Shown here: one piece after another, positions 54,238-64,000 of the stretch
Layout: the number at the start of each line of letters is the position of its first letter
Numbering within the stretch: the first letter of the stretch is position 1
Notes under the pieces: generated by a model
What the model was told of the DNA's origin: nothing
Seen by the model: only the letters and a program-made list of their open reading frames with translations
Databases searched by the model: none
Position numbers and translations under genes: made by a program
From: Chrysomallon squamiferum
Taxonomy: Eukaryota; Animalia; Mollusca
NCBI GenBank assembly: GCA_012295275.1
Contig: CM022672.1
Location: 16,616,001-16,680,000, forward strand
Length of the DNA stretch: 64,000 nt
Direction of reading: 5' to 3'

Positions 54238-54257
54238 GATAAATAGATAGATAGATA
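54033..54257. repeat. (GATA)n microsatellite
   Basis: Long GATA array with interspersed GAT units. Confidence 0.95.
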
Positions 54258-54771
54258 TACTGATAAATAGATAGATATTAAACAGACATATAGGTAGGTA
54301 GATAGAAAGACAGATATATAGAGAGAAAACATAAAGACAGACAGACAGAGATACTTAGTGAATATAAACATTGTGTTTCCGTTTCTATTTCCGTTTCTTT
54401 TGCAGAAATAAAAATAGTTACGTAAAATGTTGTAGTCATAAATCAGAAAATCCTAAAAGTCATATTACCATGAAGTACAATGATCTGATTATAACTGAGA
54501 TAATTTATAGACAAAAGCTAACATAAAATGTTCTTATTTTGCTCATGACTCAGTGTTCAATGAAACAGTAGCGCACGCAAAACATTTTGTTTTCATCGTA
54601 CCTATAAATTGTAGCTGCCTCTCCCTGTAACGGTGGAATGAAAGAAATGTTAATATTAGTTTCACAGTTCAATCCGCTGGCTAGCACAGCATCATCTGTA
54701 AAGAAACAGTGATTTTATTTTGATGTCAGAAAATCTTTTTTTGTATTTCTTTTATTTTCTTTGTTTCTTTG

Positions 54772-54804
54772 TTTCTTCTTCTTCTTCTTCTTCTTCTTCT
54801 TCTT

Positions 54805-54879
<75 letters not shown>

Positions 54880-54940
54880 TTTATTTTTATCTTTATCTTT
54901 ATCTTTATCTTTATTTTTATTTTTATCTTTATCTTTATTT
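54772..54940. repeat. Compound microsatellite (TTC)n(TTA)n(TTTATC)n
   Basis: Directly visible. Confidence 0.95.
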
Positions 54941-55602
54941 TTTCTTGGAAAAGGAAATGACAAAAACGTACATTATATTTTTGCTTGATATTATGCTAGC
55001 TGTATTATAAAGTGTTATGCTTCAAAATAAACCAGACGAACCAATCTCTAGAACTAAAATTTTCAAAATCTGCATTTCATCCAATATGCAGTTAGAGAAT
55101 TCGGAACTTACATTTTATAATGATGTTGATAATTCTAGTAATAATGATGAAAATTCTAAGAACAGTAATGATGATGATGATGATTATGATGATAGTGATG
55201 ATGATGTTAATGATGATGATGATGATGATGAACAACAACAAAACAACAACACGTAAACAACAAAACCATACGAAATGTTCTTAACAACACCACTGTAACA
55301 ATGATAGATGCAGCTAGCGTGGGTTTTGACAGTGTGTAGTGTTAAGAGTTGATGGAGCATTGCCCTGTGTATGTCCAGCTGTATGTGAGAACTGCGAAGA
55401 CCAGACAACTGGAATGCATGGAATACTTGCAGAATACAAAATATCATCTTTTATATTTTACTTGACAGGAGGCGCCGTTATGTTTGTTAGTTATATGTAC
55501 CAATCTGACAATAAAACACCTTTTTCAGTTACTTTCATTGTTTTATTTCTTCTTCTTTTTCTTCTTCTTATGATTATGATGATTATGACGATGATGATTA
55601 TG

Positions 55603-55679
<77 letters not shown>

Positions 55680-56735
55680 CTTGATTCTCATATTTTCAGT
55701 CTGATAAGAAATGAAAGTTATAACTAAACTTTTAGGAAGATTTCGCAATTGCACCGTGATCTACAGATGTTTTCAATTATTAATATAAATTTAAACAACG
55801 AAACAATAATAATATGAAGGAAAAGAAGAAAACGAAGAAGATAATGTTGAAGTATAAATAGTTTTAATAATAGTTGTAATAACAACAACAGTTTAACAAC
55901 CATATTAAATTTAAAATATAATTCTTGCCAGCATATTTTTCCATTAATAAAAAATAATTACTAATCTTATCGTTATCGAAAGACAGCATAAAAACGTATA
56001 GATTCACATCAGTGTAATTGTCAATAGAAATACACTTCTTTGTATTACTTTTTTTATGATATTTATAAATAAATTTACGACATTATATTAAATAAAAGAG
56101 ATAATTGCCTATTTTATTATTCTAACTAGAGAATTATAAGGATGAGTTTTGCTATTCAGAGCTTTAAATCGAATGTTTTGTTGAGTTACAGTCCTCACAA
56201 AATTTTTACATTTTTTTTTTTTACCGAAGCAGTTCATGCTATAACGGTGACGTACCTATAGGTTTCATCACATGGACGGTACTGTTTCTTTAGATATTAT
56301 TACATGTCTTGTTTAATTAGTGTACATCTGGAATGTGGTTCATCCTTGCTGGCTCACTCTAACGCTATCTCCTTGTTCCGACTAATGTATAGCAGGCCTT
56401 ATCATGATACTAACAGTAACAAAAGTAGTATTTCCTCTTAGGCCAAATTAATATACAAATCTGTTTTCTGGTCGTTCGAAGATGCGAATTTATAGCGGGT
56501 GTATGTGGGTTTGTGTGTGTTTGTGTCTGTGTGTGTGACAGTAAGATATATGTAGATAGATAGATAGACAGATAGAGAGAGAGAGAAAGAGAGACAGAAA
56601 GTGTGTTTGTGGGGGTGGATGTATGAGAGACAGAGAGAAAGAGTGAGAGACAAACATATATTCATTAAAAAACCTACCTACCTGGCTACCTGCATACATA
56701 CGTATCTATATAAATATATACATGTATACATAAAA

Positions 56736-56774
<39 letters not shown>

Positions 56775-57620
56775 ACAACAACTTTCAAGTACTGCAACAC
56801 GAGCTTAACGTCAAACTCAGTAGTTACTATAAAGAAGCAAAAGCGCAACTGGGAATTTGACATTTGAGATACGAGAAACGTCGAAATGATTAGACCCATC
56901 CTCGACTCTCCTCTAATCACTCGGTGTATTTTGGACTGGAAGGTCAAATGAGGTATGCACATATTACATTTAGTCATGCCACATTCAGTACAGTCACAGC
57001 AAGAAGGTGTAACTACATAATTCTTTGATTCACTTATAGTCTGACAAGGCTTCCAGTGATATACGTGTATACAGTTAGCGTTATAATGTCAAAAGAAACA
57101 CCTAATCTTCATTCTGGATAGTCGAGGTGACACTGGAATGACAGGAACGTTCAGGTAAATAATTTATCATTTTATCAGTTATAAAACACCTGTGTGTGGT
57201 ATATTAATCCGTTACATGTATTTAGTGATATGAAATATGATGTCACTACGATATAATGCATATACATGTAAATAAAACGTAATGTATTATCTCACAAATG
57301 TCTGTCTGTCTCTCGTGTATGTATATGTGTGTTAGCTCTAGTATGAATGAATGTGAATATATATATGTATGTATGTATCTATGTATGTATATAATATGTA
57401 TTTATGTATGTATGTATGTATGTATGTAGGTAGGTAGGTAGGTAGGTAGGTATGTACATACGAATGTATATATGTTTGTGTGTATGTATGTATCTAACGT
57501 GTCAGTATATCTGTGTGTAAATGTGTGTGTGATAGTAAGAGTTGTGTGAGTGTGCGTGTAAGGGTGTGTATAATGTTTTTTTTTTATTATTTATATGGAT
57601 ATAAGTGTATTAGTGTCATT

Positions 57621-57624
<4 letters not shown>

Positions 57625-57678
<54 letters not shown>

Positions 57679-58445
57679 GAATATGAATGTGTGCGTCGTT
57701 TTGTATAAAATAAATTTAAAAAACAAAAGCAAACAGCAAATAGTACTCTCCATTGTCAGTTATTATTAGATATGAGTGGTGAGATTATCTCGTTATTAAT
57801 AGCTATTACACATCGCTCTGTCGCAAACAGTCTAAACATATAATCTTACGCCATCCTTCGTCTTTTTTTCTCGCGAATGTATGTATATATGTATGTATGT
57901 ATGTATGTGTGTGTGTATGTGTATGTATGTATATATGCATGTATATGTAGTTTAGGATTTTGAATATTCTCTGTCGTATGTACGTCCGATTAGACTCTGC
58001 ACATAGACAATATTCGGGAACGCACTGGTGCAGGATGTTAAAGTCCAATCACGACCTCACAAACCCGTCAGATGCCGCTGACGAGACTCGAACGTATGAC
58101 ACCCATTCGCCCGCAGGCGGACTATGTTACCGTTCTACCACCGACACAACCTTAAAATGTATGTATGTATGTGTGCGTGTGTGCGTGTACTTGCGTGCGA
58201 GCGTGTGTGTGTCTATGAATGAATGTATGTATGTATGTACCGTTGACCTTGATTTGACGGACATCAGTGTTTCTGAGTTCGGGAAATTCTGACCAAATCA
58301 GAAAAAAGTCACAAAAATTGAACTTACGGTTATTTCCCTGAAGTGTCCTGTAGATCGCAGTTGGCGCGTCGAAAATATTTGTGAGCGAAACGGCAGCTCT
58401 CTGTTTCCTCCAAAAAATTCGCCATTTTTTTCATTATTATAATTA
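57625..58445. repeat. Left arm of long inverted repeat
   Basis: Reverse complement of 61356-61924, e.g. GTACCGTTGACCTTGATTTGACGGACATCAGTGTTTCTGAGTTCGGGAAAT vs ATTTCCCGAACTCAGAAACACTGATGTCCGTCAAATCAAGGTCAACGGTAC; begins with (CT)n. Confidence 0.95.
57945..58151 (-). mobile_element. tRNA-derived SINE inserted in the left inverted-repeat arm
   Basis: On the minus strand: A box TGGTAGAACGG (58140-58130) and B box GTTCGAGTC (58093-58085), about 200 bp in total, running into a (TACA)n tail. It is absent from the right arm. Confidence 0.8.
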
Positions 58446-58490
<45 letters not shown>

Positions 58491-60041
58491 TGACTAGCAA
58501 TGGCTTCTATTTCATACCTCATTAATAAGATTTATCTACATTTGTTATTTCTTTATTTGAAAATTTTTAAAATTAAAATCTAGTTTTCTTTTGTTTTTAT
58601 TTCTTCTTATTTTAGCCACTTAATTATTAATTCATTTATGTATAACTGTCCATTTCGTTATTTCTTATTTTAATAAAGATGACACAAATTAAAAGAAAAA
58701 TACATTTACTTATTAATTTTGTGAATCACTAAAACTACTTATGAAATTATAAAAATCCTAAATTATGAATAAAATACATATTGTTTAATCTTTAAATGCA
58801 ATATGCACGAAAATATATTCTTTAGTGTCATAAAATATTAGTACATGTCTCGTCTCATATACTATGAATTGATTTAAAAATACAAAAATAATTTGGATGC
58901 AGGTTTATACGGTTCATAAAGATAAAAGAAATCGGATATAGATATATATTCATAACAGAATCCTAAACGCCAGTTTAGAAAATTTAGAATCCAATCTTGA
59001 ACCTCTCTACACGCAGCTGAGGTCAATTCAGAGTCAGAGAAGATTGCACGTTAAATATTCTTGGACATTAATACCCTTCACAAGACGCTAACTATTAATT
59101 ACCTACATATAAGTTATAACTTTTATAAATTCTTTAAAAAAAACCAAATATTATCTCTTCATTACTTGATTATTATTATCCTCCCCTCTAACACACAAAC
59201 ATACATATACCCACTCATCCTTTCATATTGGCTTGCATACCCACACAAATACACTCTCTTTCTCTCACATACCCATCCATCCACTCTGTTAAACACACAA
59301 ACACATATACCGACACCTTCTTAAACATACACACGTATATATACACTCCTCCTAGCACACTCGCTTGCATACCCACACCGCAACACGCATACCCACTCAC
59401 AAGCGCACACTCATGTATATATATACCCAGCCTTTGTAACTCACAAACCCATATACGCACAATTTCTTATATATATATACCCGCTTCTCCTTTTACATTC
59501 ACATGCATACCGACTCGCAGACACACATGCCTATACGCATCCACACATAAAAACTCACTCCTTGCTCACAAATATGCTCACCTGTTTTAACATTAGCCCA
59601 CATTTATAATCAAACATAATAGTGTATACAGTATGAGTCTAAGAAAGGGAAATACTATTATTATGAAAAGTATAGAGACAAATACGAAGTTAAAAGTGAA
59701 TAATTCTCTTTTTATGAAAATGCTTAGTTTAGACGCACGCACAAATGCACACTCACTTTCCCATTGCACACATTCCCCTCCCACACACATTCACCAAACA
59801 CACATGTCGTTTTCCTTTATTTCTTTATCAGAAACATTTCGTGACAATATACATGTCGATTGATATTATTTTTAATTTAATTCTTATAATATAGTAAATA
59901 ACGTGAGAGGTCCAGTAATTTTTAATTTAACATTTTTAGTATATAAAGAGTTTAACTTACAGAGGTTTTTTCTTATTCAGAGAAAATGCAGGGGTAAAAT
60001 ATTCTGCTCAGCCTGAACCGCAACTGTCTGTCCGTTGTCAA

Positions 60042-60093
60042 TGACGTCAACCAATTATTGACGTTTTATTTAGTTCTCGAGATGATGACGTCA
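60042..60093. promoter_or_regulatory. Cluster of CRE sites
   Basis: TGACGTCA at 60042-60049 and 60086-60093, half site TGACG at 60059, CCAAT at 60051. Confidence 0.5.
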
Positions 60094-61355
60094 GAAACAA
60101 AGTTAGCAGAGGATTTTTACTTTAGTATTTATTTCTAAAAATATAGAACTTTTAAATTTATATTTCAGAAATTATGAATCATTATTTCTAAAAGTAAATT
60201 TATAAATTATAAAAATGGGAATATGTTTCAACATTTATTTTGTTTGTAATGAATCTAATTTATCATTAAAGAGTTATAAACCAAAATGGCGCCGATTGCT
60301 TCTGAAATCGAGATTTGCCGATGAATATTTGATTTCTGACAAAATACAGGAAGAATCTCCAAGACAGGAATCGAAATAAATGGCCGCAAGTTGCTGAAAT
60401 GCTCCTGTTACTATCTTTAATACGTCATACATTCTATTTAAAAATTATACTGATTAATTTAATTTCAATCTAATTTGGTTTACATTAACGCGTGTCTTAT
60501 TTTGTAGTTTTCATCTATTCTCGCCCATCTGTTGAGGCCAACATTTACTTTCTCAGACCTTTGTATTTTCCCAGTAAACACCTGTTGTCTTTTAAACAAA
60601 TAAATCTGTCCTGTTACAAATAGAGAATATTTTAAATAATAGAACGATGTTTACTTTGAGCAGCAGCTTTAAAAGAATAACCATAATAACCAAAAAAAAA
60701 ACGATGTACATAAACAAAAGAAAACAATTTAATTACTTTGATAATGAAAACATACAACATTTTTAAATCTGCGGTTATCAGTATATGGTATAACAACATT
60801 AGGCCTAAGAATCAATTAGATAAAGACACAGGTAACTTCCTTGATGCCAAGCATTGAACTAGTTATTTTCAAACAGATTTTGGTTATTTGTTATGAATAT
60901 TTATTACATTTTCTATAAGAATGACAAAAACATGCAACATCCATTAATTATACAATAATACATTTAGCTAAAGAAGTAAAATAATAATAATATATATATA
61001 TTTTTTTTACCTAAAACGTGAGATAAAGATAAAAACTATGGGCTGTAAAAACATTATTTTTAGTTAAACATAATAACAATAATAATAAAGTGAAAAATAA
61101 CATACTGTTGATCCTCGGACCATTAGGGAGGTGGGGATTGAATAACGTTTCGAAAAATGCAAAAGTTTGGGAAATCGCGAAAGTAAACATTAACCATAAA
61201 ATTTACCGAAACTTTTTATTAAACTTTATTACACGCCTAAGCTATATAATACAATATTAAAATAATGTAAGAAAAATATACGGAGACGATTAATTCAAGA
61301 CGTTGCAAACAAAAACGAAAAAAATAATAATAAATAAATAAAACAAAATGAAAAA

Positions 61356-61837
61356 TAATTATAATAATGAAAAAAATGGTGATGATTTTGGAGGAAACAG
61401 AGGGCTGCCGTTTCGCTCACAAATATTTTCGACGCGCCAACTGCGATCTACAGGACACTTCACGAGTTGCCTGTCGGAATCAGGGAAATAACCGTAAGTT
61501 CAAATTTTGTAACTTTTTTTCTGATTTGTTCAGGATTTCCCGAACTCAGAAACACTGATGTCCGTCAAATCAAGGTCAACGGTACAAACACACATACATA
61601 CATACATACATACTCGAGAGAAAGAAAGACAGGCGGTCTGAAAGAGAAAATAAGAAAATGACGAAAATCGAAGGATGGCGTAAGATTAGACTGCGACAGA
61701 GCAATGTGTAATAGCTATTAATAAACAGATAATCTCACCTCTAATACCGGATAATAACTGATAACGGAGAGTACTACTTACTGTTTGATTTTGTTTTCAA
61801 ATTTATTTTATATAAAACGACGCACACATTCATACTC

Positions 61838-61924
<87 letters not shown>
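61356..61924. repeat. Right arm of long inverted repeat
   Basis: Reverse complement of 57625-58445 minus the SINE insertion; ends with (GA)n; a few short indels. Confidence 0.95.
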
Positions 61925-61930
<6 letters not shown>

Positions 61931-62172
61931 TCTTTAAATCCTTATTAACAGAGTAACTCTGCATAGTTGTTGTTATGATAATCTACAAAACATGTATAAT
62001 GGAAGCAGTTTCCATCGAGTTTATTCATCGATGCGAGGAGAGAGCAATATTACACAACTAGTTTCTGCTATCGATTCGCCATTATGGAAACAAAAAGGCG
62101 CTTGTATTCGTTTTGTATTTTAGTTGTTTTATTTTAACTGACGGAACTTTATATTGTAATTGTATTTTTCAG

Positions 62173-62649
62173 ACGATGAACAAAGCGTATGGCTGGCAGA
62201 CGACATGGACGCTGGCTCGTGCACGATGGATGACGAACTCAAAGTGGTGACAGTGGGGAGGGGTAAAGCACGGACACTCAGTTTTCAGGTGTTTGTCACT
62301 AAGGTTAAGGGGTTTTTCAAATCAGCGTATAAAATATGTTCTTCTTTTATTGGTTTGTTACTTCTGCTGATCATCTATTCTTTCATTGGTGCGTTTATAA
62401 TTCAGGCCGTTGAATTACCCCACGAACAAGCCGAACACGTGTTGATGCTTGAAAAAAGAAACGTTATTGTCTCGTCTTTTGGAAATTTATCAACACAGCA
62501 TGTGAATGGTAAAATCAACCAGACCGTACTGGAAGGGAAAATGACAGAACTGTTGATTCGTTACGAGGAAGATCTCGGCATTAATTCTCAGAGTAAATGG
62601 ACTTTTTGGGGATCGCTTTTCTACTGTGGAACAGTTTATACAACAATAG
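62173..62649 (+). CDS. Two-pore-domain potassium channel (K2P, TWiK/twk-18/twk-7-like), exon with N-terminus, TM1, cap and pore loop 1; gene continues beyond the window
   Basis: TM1 IGLLLLLIIYSFIGAFIIQAVE, helical cap, then WTFWGSLFYCGTVYTTIG. A phase-1 intron interrupts the first G of the GYG filter, as is typical for K2P genes. Acceptor tttttcAG ends at 62172. Confidence 0.92.
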
Positions 62650-62759
62650 GTATTTCTGTTTTGTTTTTCACTCTCTCTCTTCTCCCCAGATATTAAATGG
62701 AATAATTATGTTAATATAAATACATAACCGGTTTAAAAATATCCACCACCACCACCAGC

Positions 62760-62798
<39 letters not shown>

Positions 62799-62939
62799 AA
62801 TAATAATCAATTATTAAGTAACTAAGTAAATATTAATAACTATTTGGCGTCAGTCTTACATTTTCTTTTGTAAATTATAAACGATTATGTGAGGCTGACA
62901 ACATTGCCAGGGCAGTATGGACTATATGTCATAGATAAA

Positions 62940-63125
62940 TTATAAAGGGCCGTTTATAAGCAATATTCCCCAAACGGGAAAATTTATGCCACGATCCTTA
63001 TTATTTTGGTCATGAAGCACTAGCTGGATCAAGAAACAGCCCCGTGAACTCATACATACGTGACATTCCAAACCCTGTCACAAATCAGGTACACGATTTT
63101 AATTTGAGCTTCAACTCGCCCAGCT
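62940..63125 (-). mobile_element. Degenerate SINE relic of the same family as 30777-30915
   Basis: CATGAAGCACTAGCTGGATCAAGAA (63011) resembles the reverse complement of 30771-30795 (CGTGGAGCACTGGCTGGAATTAGAA). Confidence 0.45.
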
Positions 63126-63368
63126 ATTAAGAATGTTCTCGTTGGCTAAAATCAAATTTTCTTCTTTTAATGAGTTTTCTGCTACCAATTCTTTTTGTTT
63201 ACTGAAAATGAAGCCCTGTTATAAGATAATTTCGATTCTGGAATTTGAGAAGCCGTTGTTTTTAAACATTTACAAACAGAAACCAGACCTTTTCAATTAA
63301 ACAGGAGACACTGTCAAGAAAATGAAAGAATGTTACATCGAGATTAGAAATAATACGTGAAATAATAA

Positions 63369-63439
<71 letters not shown>

Positions 63440-64000
63440 TTCCTTATCTTAATCTGTTTATATAATGATTGTTTTAAATTTCAGAATTTAAATTAACAAG
63501 TTCTGTATAGCTTAATTATACAAGGTTGTATAATTAAATAAAATATATTATTTATAAATAACGAGATAAAGTGATACCAGTATTGATTCATTACTTTTAT
63601 ACGCTATATTATAACCTCGAAATTAATATCATGTATACAAAACTAGATCTATGAACAATTTCTATACTTTTTAATATATATATATATACAGACACACACA
63701 CACACATACATATATACAACACACACACATACATACATACATACACACATACATACATAAATACATACATACATACCTACCAACAAACAGATACATACGT
63801 ATGTATGTATGCGTAACATAACAATCGCTTTTTGAAAAATAGCTTTTATTATTAACCCCATATAATCATCCTAAATGAACTATTTTCTGTAAAGAAAAAT
63901 GAAAATGCTTAGAAGGATTTTGGAATTATTCGTTTTAGATAATACATATGAATAACTAATGTAATACCATTTCTAACGTACAAAAGAAAGACGTAGATAG

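Noticed and set aside
55339-55460. Cys-rich stretch LPCVCPAVCENCED
   Set aside because: No recognisable domain spacing or convincing splice sites; the ORF runs into microsatellite.
57060-57154. Possible alternative K2P first exon with donor cag/gtaaat
   Set aside because: Its ATG (57138) would be out of frame with exon 62173 and there is no clear core promoter; it could be a UTR exon but is unsupported.
58075-58151. tRNA gene on the minus strand
   Set aside because: A and B boxes are present but I could not fold a proper cloverleaf; followed by a body and simple-repeat tail, so called a SINE.

Overview
Animal genomic DNA: very AT-rich and dense in microsatellites, with spliceosomal introns. 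The gene and repeat content suggests a mollusc, probably a gastropod, but that is inference. Almost all ORFs in the supplied track are microsatellite artefacts. Three + strand genes are supported. (1) A rhodopsin-family GPCR with an intronless CDS, most similar to GPR83 (25113-26420). (2) A 14-coding-exon gene of about 467 aa that the ORF track largely misses. I assembled it by hand from GT-AG junctions (33184-44389): signal peptide, five ShKT domains each on its own phase-1 exon, two 27-nt microexons, a Ser/Thr/Pro stalk and a C-terminal VWC domain. (3) The 5' part of a two-pore-domain (K2P/TWiK-type) potassium channel, with a probable TATA/Inr first exon at about 47.8-47.9 kb and a TM1-cap-P1 exon at 62173-62649; it continues past the window. 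The putative first intron of the channel carries a long inverted repeat (57625-58445 / 61356-61924). One arm is interrupted by a tRNA-derived SINE, and a cluster of CRE palindromes lies near the middle of the loop. Several minisatellites (including a 61+61 bp higher-order repeat) and old SINE relics are also present. No prokaryotic, CRISPR or rRNA features were seen.
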